This document shows positions 1 through 38,142 of a stretch of 64,000 bases of DNA, in pieces. The notes below the pieces were generated by a model. It ran no database searches. It had not been told where the DNA came from and saw only the letters and a list, made by a program, of their open reading frames with translations. The stretch's first letter is position 1; each line of letters begins with the position of its first letter. The translations under genes were made by a program, and so were the position numbers. The stretch is from Amoebidium appalachense (taxonomy: Eukaryota > Protista > Ichthyosporea). The DNA lies in assembly GCA_963693365.1 (NCBI GenBank), contig CAVNZM010000004.1:5458564-5522563 (forward strand). The letters run 5' to 3'.

Positions 1-582
1 CACTTCTTTTACATATCAAGCCGAGACATTACCAAAAACAAACGAACGATCGACAGTAGCATTGTTTATTTTTGCTGTTTCATGATGAATAATATAGTAG
101 GTTGAAAAGTTATTCTAGTCATAACACATTTCTTTCCTAAGAACCGAGAGTATGCATGCGCATGCTGTTTGTGTGTGTGTGTGAGTGTGTGTGTGAGTGT
201 GTGTGTGAGTGTGTGTGAGTGTGTGTGTGTGTAGGTGTCTTGTGTGTGTTATACGTGATTGTGAGTGAGTGGTGTTCGACACCTGGATTGCATCATACAT
301 CACTCCATGGCGACAAATCCACAAGACTATTTTATACACAAAAAACTCCCAAACTCTACAAACCTTTTGGGAAAAAACCCAATACAAGACACACACGCAG
401 GCACATGTTACCATTAGTCTGTCACATTTAAGCCAGAACATACATAGATGACATGTCGAAAGGCTTACACACTTTAAAACCTGAACATCAACCAACCAAA
501 GTAAATAAAATTTTAACCCTACAACATTGAAATACTGACAGATAAACATTCATGCATTCTATTGTTACATGTGCCCTTTTGT

Positions 583-622
<40 letters not shown>

Positions 623-685
623 GCACACACACACACACACTTTTCCTAACCCAGTTTTTTATCATCATACTCTTAAATTCTACTA

Positions 686-14957
<14,272 letters not shown>

Positions 14958-15924
14958 GGTTTATATGGGCAGCAAGAACTTATACAACGCCGATGTTAGT
15001 GCTGATGTTGGTATACTTAACACGCGAGTTTCTGGTGTGGTTTACTAGGGACCTTGTGAAAGGAATGAAGGATGTGGGTGGTGTGGTGATCGTGGCGTAC
15101 CACAGACTGGTAAGATGCGACGCCAAATTCGAGAACAGCCGGTATAATACTAAACAGAGGAGGCCAAGGAAATTCCCGCTAAAGGAATACTAACAAAAGA
15201 GCCCTCCTAGATGCCCAATGAGGACAAATATAACATTCAACATCAGCCCACTCCGTTTCCTTTAGCTACCGGCGTCTGTCTGTCTGTCTCCAGTCATTCT
15301 GAAGTGGCTCAACTTTCCGGGTCGAGTCGAAGCAAGTCTCTCGAGTCATTTGAACCTGCAGGGAAAACCGACCCGCTGGCGATACCCGAACCGAAAACCC
15401 CCGACAACCATCATTCTGATTGGTGGAAGTGGCCCATCAGTGGTGCGCCGGCGGCAGCGCTCTAGTCCGCATGTGTATGACGTCACATTATACTTAAAAG
15501 GACTTGGAATCTAGAATACGATGCTATCTACAATATATATAGAGTGAGGGTTCGACGGTGTCAGACTCGCGGTGCCCGTTGCATGCATGATACGCGAAAA
15601 CAAGGGAAGGAAGAAAGTTTTGTAGAAAAAGGGGCATGTTTTTTCCTTCTTCTTGGGTATAGATCTAGTAATATCATTACGTTCAGAGTATAGGTGCCGT
15701 ACTGTGGGAGGGGATAAATTGTATAGTTAAATTTTTTTTTGGAAAGTAAGCAGATTTGGGCTTAGTTTTTTTTTAACAAAGTCGGTCGATAAAGAGAGGG
15801 AGATAGTGGGTGTCCTCTATCTCCAACAGGTGTTATTTTATCCAGTACTAGTTACGGTGTAACAAATCACATCTATCGAACTGAGGAGCCGGGTAACTCC
15901 GTCCAGTTTACTACATAATTCAAC
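14958..15924. promoter_or_regulatory. Shared divergent promoter/5'UTR region of CTNNBL1 and the septin
   Basis: The two ATGs face apart ~970 bp from each other. The region is free of microsatellites and has a CRE palindrome TGACGTCA at 15478-15485 and ATTGG near 15419. Confidence 0.55.
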
Positions 15925-27204
<11,280 letters not shown>

Positions 27205-29451
27205 TTTTAAAACCCCACCCGTAAAACCACGACAAGCCCATTACCTGTGTTACGTCACCTAATATGCGACATTTATAGTTTTGGACTTGAGTCACATCAC
27301 CTAAGGTCCTCATGACTGATTATTTATTATGTGGGCGTTGTAGGGTTCAGGCCATTCTACCCTAAAGGCTGGGCTAGAACAAAACACGTAAAATCCTTGT
27401 ACAATTTCTACGATGTTACTAATTGTTTGGTTGATTTAGTCTGGGCCCGTGCTATGCTGCCAGCGGGTCATGTTGGCAGAACTGTAGCTCCTTAGTATGT
27501 AGGTTTTGTGTTGGTCAGTTCTGGTCGGGAAAACTTAGCAACCTTTAGCCACAACTGTCGTAAAGGTTGCTATCTCATGCACTGTATATGTGCAAGATAG
27601 GTCAATCTCATGCTCTGTATATGTGCAAGATAGGTCAGGCTCGTGCTCTGTTTTGTGCCAGCTATTATTTGGGATGTTTGGTTTTTGGCGATGTCTTGGA
27701 TTTGTTTGCTTGATCTTTTGCAGGTGCTCGTAGTCCAATACAGGTTACAAGAAAGTGTGGTTTTGCACTTTTACTTTAGTAAGTGGGATGTGGGAACGTG
27801 ATGTGATCTTGGTAGTTCATTCGTACCAAGTATACAAAGATGCTAAGTTGTATACAATAATGCTAAATATGTACGACAGTCAGCATTCGTGCATTCAAGT
27901 GAAGTTCAAAAACCCTCCTGTGATGAGAACAGGCCTAGGGAGGCCTAGAGCGACTCTGCGGCTGCAACGAACGTTCAACCAGATTGAGCTCAGGCTGCCT
28001 TGTTGCTTCAAGGCCTCGTACGCGTGATAGCCTTCCGATGTTTTCCGGCAGTGACCAAGGATGATGCGAAATGATGTCAATTTTGCTACTGCTCCATAGT
28101 GTTGCTGGAAAAGGATCGTTTGCTCTAACGTTAGCTGTACAGTGTATGTACAAGCGCATATATGCGCCAAAGTTTTATGACCGTCGGCCCACCATGCGTA
28201 TCTAACTGTGCTAAGCACGTGACTTACACAATCGCTGATGATTGCTGAACACGGCAGAATGACTACACGCGTGCCCAAAGCATTTACCTATTCAACCTTA
28301 TAAAAGTTAGCCTTGCCTAAAGGGGCACTGCTTACCAGCATACTTGCTTCAGTATGTATGTACAGTATGTATATGTACTGCACAAACTTCCTTCGCACCC
28401 CTACCATCACATTGTGCGCACGTGAAAAATACTGTAATGACCAATATTAATTGCAAGAAAGTTTGTCACACGACCGTCACAAAAGCCGCGCATTCCGGGA
28501 CAAGAAACCAAGGGCATAACGTTCCTTTTGCGCATACCTGTAGTTATATCGACCAATCAAAGCAGCGCTAAGCCGACAACGATTCTTCGGTGATAAAGGT
28601 GTGTCCCTAGTAGCATAAAGTCGGCAAAAATGTTGAATTTGCTCAATGATTTTCTGGATCACTTGAGGTTCAATGCGCCTGTAAATTTGAAAAAGCAGAG
28701 GCTTATATTATGTCGGTGGTCACGGTTTATAACCGCACATCTGGAATGCGTGGCTGATAAAAAAACAGGTGAGCGCACCCACGAGGCTCTATAGCTATAG
28801 TCACGATCGACACTTCTTTGGCACTTCAGACAGAGTTAGAGTGAGTTCATGAAAGAGTCTAAAATCGAAAAACACCGTTTGTTTGTTCACTAAGTATACA
28901 TGCCACCAATGTTTCTACTTTTCTTCTCCTCTTAGACCTTGAAACGCTGATGAAGCGTGTTTGCTGGAGTCAGTTAGAAAGTCTTAGACGAAGAGCCAAA
29001 AACATCGTCATCGAGCACAGAACGAGTATTAGCTTTTCAAAGTGCAGGTTTTTAGTGTTTGCATCGTGGATCCCAGAGTGTCGTGATAAGTAATGCTATG
29101 TTCCTATGGTTCGGGAACGCTTGTTTCTTCACTTCTAATCCAGCCCCTTCCAACCAACCTTTCACCCTATACTGAGGGCAGCCCACAGAGTGGCAAGTTC
29201 GTTTGGCAATCCACTGGCAGTTTTATCCTACAAGTTTCAACGAACTAAAAGCCTCGGAGAAAAAGAAAGCCCAAATCTATCGTTCACGATCGCATGTGGC
29301 CGCTCCTCAATACATGCACCTTCTCTACACAACCAACCACTGCTCCCTCCTTTTCTGCACCACCGTGTACGACCGTCGAAGCTATGTTGCAGTAGAACAC
29401 CTTTTAAAACAGAGTCGCTCCCAGCCCTGAATCGTTAAAACACAACCAAAA

Positions 29452-29967
29452 ATGATTTCCCCAAGACGAAAATTTACACCCCTTTGCAGTATCTTCCTTT
29501 GTCCATTCCTCCTTCCCTTCATGTCACCGGTGCTTATTCAAGCTCAAGCATCACTTTCACTCATTGGCATTGTTCTTCGAATGGCAGGGGGTCAGTATGA
29601 GACGGACTGCTTTCGCTGGATAGCGGGCACGAGCGGGCCTTGCCCACGATGCTTCCACGGATTTGTACCCACACAACCATTTTTTACTATAAACAAGATC
29701 AAATGGGGATGCGTGTTGAAATGTGCCGCCGACGTCGGTAAGCGTGCACCTAACCAAGCGTGGAGGTGTCCCGCTTTTGATGGGGAAACGGGACCGTGCC
29801 TAAGGCAGGTCATGGAACTAGCCAATGGGTTGGATATTTTTGAAGCAACCCCACCATTGAATGATGCGAGCAATGATGGGAATGTCGCGATGGTCAACGA
29901 GGTCACTGAGAGGTTGTGTAAGGTTGCGGCACCATTTGGTGGTTGCTCTGGTATTATTGTTTGCTAG
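29452..29967 (+). CDS. Intronless putative secreted cysteine-rich protein, 171 aa (paralog of 44731-45219)
   Basis: Hydrophobic N-terminus ending in QAQ. Ten Cys in the mature part are shared with the paralog, along with LRMAG, CFRW, GPCP.CF.GF, IKWGC and the terminal IVC. Confidence 0.85.
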   Translation: MISPRRKFTPLCSIFLCPFLLPFMSPVLIQAQASLSLIGIVLRMAGGQYETDCFRWIAGTSGPCPRCFHGFVPTQPFFTINKIKWGCVLKCAADVGKRAPNQAWRCPAFDGETGPCLRQVMELANGLDIFEATPPLNDASNDGNVAMVNEVTERLCKVAAPFGGCSGIIVC

Positions 29968-30435
29968 CGAGACTCTTCTCCATTCCGAAGAAAAAAATTT
30001 TGTGATGTTTTTACTTTATGCGTCCTTTTAGGCCCTTTCTGCGGTATTTGGTGAGAGCTGTGCCATCTCTCTCCTCCTCTTCTAATGGTTGGATGAATGC
30101 ATCTTGAAATTAAAGGATGTTCGTATGTATGCGTTTCTCTTTTTTTCCTTTTTAAGTTCGGTCTTTTCAAGATAGAAACAAATTGGAAAACATGCTCAGC
30201 TGCCTACTTCTTACCAGTGGTAATCCATGTCATTGAATGCTCTCATAGTCCTCAGGTTTGCTGTACATCATGATCACGGTGTGCCATATAAAGTACACTG
30301 GCATGTACATACACCAAACCTTTTATACTACTAATTATCACAGAAGTATAATACTTATGTTTTATGGCATTGCAGTCATGGATCAGGCGGGAGGCAATGT
30401 GTGGGGGCCTGCACGTGTCTCTCTCTGTGTGTCGT

Positions 30436-30472
<37 letters not shown>

Positions 30473-31320
30473 GTGTGAATTTTAGCACGAGTGCGCGCGT
30501 GTAGGTGTGTCACGGTATGCGTGTGATGTCAACCCTATATGTACTTATGTGCCCTATTCTACTGAATGCTTGAGTATTTGTTCGTGTGTGCCAGCACCTA
30601 CATAGTACTTATTGCAACATGTGGCGTGGTTACGCTTCAAGTTTTACATATGGTCACCCAGGAACAGTTGGCCTGTGTGTATTAGTGCACGTGGGAAGAC
30701 GTTTGGGGGGAGGTGGAAAGGGATGGAGAGGCCCGAGAGGGGGGAGGGGGGAAGAGCTGATATTCCTACTAGCCCTCCCCCCTCCCCTCCCCCCCTCACG
30801 GCTGCCCCCCCCCCCCCCCCCCCCCCCCCTCCTCCCAGCTAGATCCCCCCTCTCCCCATCCCGCCCCCTCAGGGCCCCTCCCCCCTCCGGGCCCCTCTCC
30901 CCTCCCCGGTAGTCCGAGCCCTTTTGTCCCTTAAGGCGCCAGATCCACCCATCATGATCCATATATGTGTAGGAAATCAAATGGCCGCATGGAAAGAAAA
31001 AATCATTTGGCTTGCTCCCCCAATTAGAGTTAATGGGGGTTTCTTTTAGAGATCCGGGTCGAGTCAGACCCGACAGCAATTTACGCTTTGTGATTGGTGG
31101 TATGCGCACCACACAGCATTTTGGCCAGACCCGAAAGGGCCCATAAATTGGCCCAAAAGAAAGAGCCTTTGATCAGATCATTTCAACTGGTTGCAACTGT
31201 GGGCCTGGTCCCGGGGATGCAAGATAGTATTACTCGTAGGCTATGTTTACAAATGCCGCCACACCGTGTCTATCAGTGAGTGTATGTGTCAAAGTGTGTG
31301 TGTGTGTGTGTGTGTGTCAC

Positions 31321-31380
<60 letters not shown>

Positions 31381-31540
31381 GGGGGGGGGGTGGGTGGGTG
31401 GGTGGGTGGGTGGGTGGGTGGGTGGGTGGGTGGGTGGGTGGGTGGGTGGGTGGGTGGGTGTGTGTGTGTGTGTGTTTGTGTGTGTGTGTATGTCGGTGTC
31501 GGTGTGCGTGTGCGCATTTGGAGGGGCCCGGACTCGGAGG

Positions 31541-31574
<34 letters not shown>

Positions 31575-31859
31575 TGAAGGGCCCGGGGCTACCCCTGTGC
31601 TGATATATGGCTGGCTGCACCAATCGAAGTAATTGGTTTGCTACAGTGGACGAATCGTTGAGGCCTGAGCACTACTGAGCTAACCGATGAAGTAGTTTAT
31701 GGCCTTACAGAAATGGCATGGAGAATCCACCAATAAAATGGCTTATTTGATCTGTAAATAAAAAATTAAAAAAAGTCTAGATCTTCCTTCATGGCATGAT
31801 TAGTCTTACTCGCTTGATCCCCCTCCTCCCCCTCCCCTCCCCCCCCCCCCCCTCCGCCT

Positions 31860-31892
<33 letters not shown>

Positions 31893-33056
31893 CCCGCCCA
31901 ACCCCGCTTTGCGATCTCATAGGGCCTCAGCAAATATTTCTTTTGATTTGCCAATGGGAAAATTCGAATTCTAAACGGCTCAGTATCAACGTCCTTTGGT
32001 TTGGCAATATTTCGTGTTCATTATTAGTACATATTGATGAGCAAGCCAGTGGGCAGCAAGAAATCAATCTAACCACCTTAAAGAGCGAGAATGCATTGCA
32101 TCAAATATCTGCGACTCCACCACAGTAGTTGTAGCTAGCTGTAGAGGTGTAGCACTGTGCTCCTGGCCCCAGGGATTACTGGGTGGTCTGAGTACAATAG
32201 TGCTCAGCCTCGGGGAGTGTCATCTACACATGGATAACGGCAAGAACTTAGAAGTTGAGTTATACATATGTTTATTAGTTTGTTGTTGTTCGTTTCCTTT
32301 TCCATTTTTCCTTTCTTTCTTTCCCCTTTCCGTGTGCACAGATACAGTATCGTTGGTCTGTGTACACACCGAGCCACTTGGCCCACGTACATGTAATGTT
32401 GTTTGCGTCTTTTACCCCTCTCCAATACTAAATTTACATGGTGCGTACGTGTCCGATAGTTGTCCAATCAGATCTCATTTAATTTCCCAAATATAGAAAG
32501 GTACATTCCTCCTTCCCATTCTTTTCCCATTCCATTCCTTTCTATCCTCATTCCTTTTCCTTCTTTTCCCACGACGTAGAATTGCTCTATGTTCCCCAGC
32601 TATAGGAATACTTATATTTAGACGTGTTTATATTAGGAACAGTATCATTATATGATGTGAGCTAATAGATATAAAATGGTTTCATTTATTTAACTTTAGT
32701 AAATCTTTCCGTGCTTTCATTAGAAGATTACGATTTATCTTCTATGTGTCGACAGGTATTTGGATTTATTTGCCCTCATAGTTTTCGTTCTTTTGATTGG
32801 CTTAGCCTTTATCGGCTCCACATCTCTGTGTATAAAAAGGACTTCATCCTGAAATAAATATCAAGCAGTTGAAAACATTTCAAATGGTCTCAGAAACCGT
32901 TCCACCTCTCCGGTTGTGTTTTTCCTGTGTGTCTGTGTGTTGTGTATATCATAACACCCATCTGTGCACTCTGCTTCTCCGTTTACCCACACAAAACAAC
33001 AGGGAGCCCCGGGTTGAAGTGTGTGTGAGTGTGTCAGTTTGTGTGTGTGTGTATGT

Positions 33057-33109
<53 letters not shown>

Positions 33110-33596
33110 TACACGTGTGTCTTGGTGTGTGTGCGCGTGTGTGTATTTCTGGGTGCGTGTTTGTGCGTGTGTGGGCCGGTATGCCGACGGTGTGCTTGTG
33201 TGTGCGCGCACACACACACCTGTGGGTGTCCGCCTCGCTTGTTCAGGGCGGTGGGGTGGAGTGGTGTGTATGTGTGTGTGTGTGTGCATGGGGGTGGGGG
33301 AAGGGGGGGGGAGGGAGTGGGGGGAGGGTGGGAGGGAGGACGGGGGAGGAGGGGGAGGGGGGGAGGGGGGGAAGGGGGAAGGGGGCGGAGGGGGGCGGGA
33401 GGGTGCGGGAGGGGGGAGACCAAACTACTTTAACGGGTGATATGATTCCGAGATGGAGGCTATACTCAGTAAGGAGTTACATCAGGGATGATTAAGACCC
33501 CTTCTGCAGCCGGAGGCATAAAAAAGGGCCCGCCCATCCACATTGATCAGCAAATCAATTTGCAGCGAGCTGAAGCGCTTTCAAGTTTTCTTCCAA

Positions 33597-33965
33597 AGGC
33601 CTAGGCAGAATTATTCTGCTAAAGGCAGAATTATTCTGCTAAAGGCGGGTTTGATCTGCCAAAATTTAAGCAGAAATAATTTGACGAATAATTAAAGAAT
33701 TATTCTGCTGAAAGCAGAATCAATCTGCAAATGAAGAACTTGGAAGTTAAAGTAAGATTGAAGTTCATGCCGCAAGGACTCAATCTGCTTTCTTGCAGAA
33801 CAAGGCCTCTCTTAAATTTAGCAGATTCAATTGCTCGACACAAGGCAAAACGATTCTTCTGCTCACAGCCGAATAATCCAGCTCTGAGCAGAAAAATACT
33901 ACTTTTGCAGGACCGTAATTCTGCTTTTGCTAGATAAATCTGCTAAATAATTCTGATATTTTGCA
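33597..33965. repeat. Cluster of GCAGAAT-x-ATTCTGC palindromic motifs, probably a decayed non-autonomous DNA transposon
   Basis: GGCAGAATTATTCTGCTAAA occurs twice in tandem, with many GCAGA/TCTGC variants in both orientations. No clear termini found. Confidence 0.5.
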
Positions 33966-34268
33966 GTTATTAACTCTGTTTTCGGCGGAATATCAACGGC
34001 TCGGAGCAAGTTGATTCTGTTGGTGTGGTTGATCAACTGCCAAGGCATGAGGCCAGCCCTGCACTGAGTCGTGGCCTCAACTCGTCGGACACACGGTGCC
34101 ACCACGTGAAGATCATGCCATACTACATGCCACCAGTTTTAACATTTAGTATACCTTTCGATGTACCCGGAGGTCCGAGTCATGTGTGGATGACTGTGTT
34201 TGTGTGTGTGCGTGTGTGTGTGCGTGTGTGTGTGCGCGTGTGTGTGTGCGCGTGTGTGCATGTGCGCG

Positions 34269-34389
<121 letters not shown>

Positions 34390-34485
34390 GTGTTGTGTTG
34401 TGCGCATGATTGTGTGTGTACGTTTGTGTGTATGTGCACGGTATTTTTCTGAAAGAGAGAGAGAGAAAGAGACATATCTGAGAGT

Positions 34486-34550
<65 letters not shown>

Positions 34551-34569
34551 AGGGAGGGGGAGAGAGAGG

Positions 34570-34716
<147 letters not shown>

Positions 34717-34752
34717 GGAGAGAGAGAAGAGAGAGAGAGAGAGAGACTCTCG

Positions 34753-34789
<37 letters not shown>

Positions 34790-36102
34790 CTAGAGAGGTG
34801 ACGTGTCATGTATAATACGTGGTAAATTTGGTAGTAGAGTCGTGTTTATTCACTTTGACGAGAATATACACGCACCAGGACGGAGCACCAGGCCCGGCCT
34901 ACAACTCATATGTATACTTGTGTGTACCGTAGCAGCTTGCATACATACAGTGTGTGTGTTCAGTGTTTGCATATAATTAAAGGCGTGAACAGTGCAACAG
35001 AAGATTTGTCTGCAGACCACAGGAGGTGCAACGGAAGATTTGTCTGCAGACCACAGGAGGGGTCTTTGCACTCGGACAAAAGATACAAGATGTTTGTATG
35101 GCCGTACTACAGATGTTGTAGTAAAGATTTAACCGAGTCAAGTCTGCCTGATTTCTACCGGAACTGAAGCTTATATACCCAGGGCCAGGTCAGTAACCGG
35201 ATTCCGATTGGCTAACGGGCCGGTAATCTCAAAATGTATTGACTGCTATTCTCTGATTGGCCGTTCAATACCATTGGTGGAGCGGAATTCCAAATTGATC
35301 AATGCAGCCTTCCTGGCTCTAGTCTCGAGTATAATAATCTGTGTTTGAATATAAACACAATAATAAATCACATTGTACTAAACATTTGTATTTAAAATGG
35401 AGGTGTCGTCGTCCCTAGTACGGGCTGCTTGTCTGCTGTACACTTGCTGTTGACCGGGCTGGGCCTTCACTTCTGCCGGACCGACGGGTAGAGCATAAGA
35501 GCTGCCGCAATACTGCCAAATTTTCGATCATACGAATTTGAAGGAGATTTGGCGGTCCGTGCTTGCTGGTGATCACGGTCGGTTTCGAAAGATGTTGTAT
35601 GACTGCAGGTTCTTGCCGTCCGTGCCCCCCCGGTCGTGTGCACAGACCCGGAAGATGTAAAGTAACATGTATACTATACACGTGTTCGTTGAAGCTGTGT
35701 ACAGCTGTGGTCACTGTGATTGGCACACCTAGATCATGTTTTCGTTGATTGGTGGACCTAAATTTCGTATTTGGTTCTCTCGATACCACTTTCGTGCAGT
35801 TATACAACAAGAGGGAGGGAGGGAGGGAGAGAAGAGAGAGGGAGGGGGGGGGGGGGGGGGGGGGGGGAGGGAGGGAGGGAGAGTGACAGAGAGTGTGTGT
35901 GTGTGTGTGGGAGAAGGAGAGGGAGAGACTCCGGATGGAGGGAGCTCGAGGGAGAGAGCCGGAGAAGCAGGGGGGTCGGGGCGGAGGGGGAGAGGGGAGG
36001 GGGAGAGGGGGGGGGGGGGGGGGGTGAGAGAGCCTCGTGGGGAGAGGAGAGGGGGGAGAGTGTACAGAGAGAGAGAGAGAGATCTAGGGGGGGGGGGGGG
36101 GG

Positions 36103-36141
<39 letters not shown>

Positions 36142-37123
36142 GTCGCGATCGACTGAGAGAGAGGGAGAGAGAGCCTCTGAGAGAGTGGGAGAGTGGGGGA
36201 GATCTCTCTCTCTCTCTCTCTCCCCCCCCCCTCCCCCCCCCCCCCCTTCCCCACTCTCCCTCTCTCTCCTAGAGCTCGGTGTGTGGGTGGGTGTGCATAT
36301 GTGTGCGTGACTGTCACGGTGTGTCAGGGGTGTTGTGTGTGTGTCCTTGTGTGTTGTTTTGTACGGGTCTAAGGGAGCAGAGTGCACAGAGGTGTCATGT
36401 AAAACACGACTAACACATTAATGAGAGGGCAATCGGAGTTGTTCACGAGACATTGAAAGATTTCAAACAACAACTGAATCTTTATTGTGCTCTCGGTTCC
36501 TTTTGTACTTGCGATATATCACCTTATCACAACTAAAGAGGGAGAACCAATCGGTTCTATCAGAAGATAGAAAAACACATTCCGACAGAGCATACGCATT
36601 CCAACTTTCGATTAAACTAAAGTTTAGAAACTCTTACTTAAATAAATTAAGTAATTATACATCTAGTCACTATTAACTCACATATATATTTATGTTCGTC
36701 CCTATAAAGAAACTTATTTAAATACATATATTTCCTAATAGTCGACACTCTCAAAGTGAAGACACTTTGCAATAAACCGAATTCCATATATATCTATTGT
36801 CCAATCACAACACACATATATTAACAGACAGGAATGCACAACACAATCTACAGATGTACTCGCTCGCGACTATTGGCGAGCCATCCTTTTGAGAACAAAA
36901 CTAGGCCATTTTGAAATAAAGGAAAGACAACGAGTGAGGCTAGCCAATCACGCTACCTCTCAGATAAACAGAGGAGAGCAAACAGAAATAAAAACACAAT
37001 AAGTTCTTATCAGGCAAGGGAGCCAGGTGTGCACAGATCTACAGATATCTGTGCCCACAGAAACAAGGGAGAGAGAGATACGGGGGGGGGGGGGGGGGGG
37101 GGGGGGGAGAGAGAGAGAGAGAG

Positions 37124-37197
<74 letters not shown>

Positions 37198-37950
37198 GCA
37201 CAAAGAAGGAAAGCAGACACGAATACAAACAAGCTAGGACACATACATACTTCAAGGCTCTTGCTGTCATACATGGTGACGTATTCCAACATTGTGTGTG
37301 TTGTGTGTATGTACGTGTGTGTACGGCATGTGTATGTATCATGTGTGTGTGTGGGGGGAGGGGGGAGGGGGGGGGGGGGGGGAAGGGGGGAGGGGAAGAG
37401 GCGGGCGGGGAGAGGGTGGCAAAGTTTAACATCATGATCATGATTACACTGCAAACTTTGAGGTTGCAACGGCTTCGATCGTCGGCCCCATATTGTGACA
37501 CCATCTTCAGCTAAAGTATATGCATGACTGCAGTGACCGTGACCGTGCACGTGGTGTTTACCCGGTCCGGTAACATATGCATACAATCACGTGCACAGTC
37601 ACGGACGCGTGTACAATAAGTACCGTGACGCCGCAACAGCTGCAAGGCATGATACGCCTGGGTCGCCTGCGCATGCAAACGGCCCCGCCGGCGCGCCACG
37701 ATCGAAGGCTTGTGGCATCGATATCATTCATGATCATCCGGGGGCACTACTACTCACAGCCGCGGCAGCGCTGAAACAATTTTTGTGATTCAATGAAGTC
37801 ATAATAACACGAAGTTCTATGACACTGCCGGCGGGTTACTCACATTCATACGTGACTGATGTGTGTTTCAGTACTACATATTCTGCTGTTGCACCACACA
37901 GCTTCTGGATAGCACAACATTGTTCGACTCCTAAGTTACGGACCTAGGTA

Positions 37951-37998
37951 CAGTAAACTCCCCTAATTCGGAACACCCCCAAATTCGGAACACCCCCC
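37951..37998 (+). mobile_element. Solo Tc1/mariner-like terminus
   Basis: TA|CAGTAAACTCCCC followed by AATTCGGAACACCCC twice. No matching opposite end found. Confidence 0.5.
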
Positions 37999-38142
37999 AT
38001 CGGAGCGTCTCGATGGATATAAAAAAACCTATGAATGTGACAGGGTTTTTTTTCTTTTTCTTTTGACTGGATTTAATCGACGGAAAGATATGCAAGTATG
38101 CACGGCATACTGAGAAGACACTTAATCGTCTGAGAAGACAGT

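Noticed and set aside
27571-27650. 35-bp tandem duplication downstream of the septin stop (similar 34-bp one at ~35001-35060)
   Set aside because: Ordinary local slippage duplications with no further structure.
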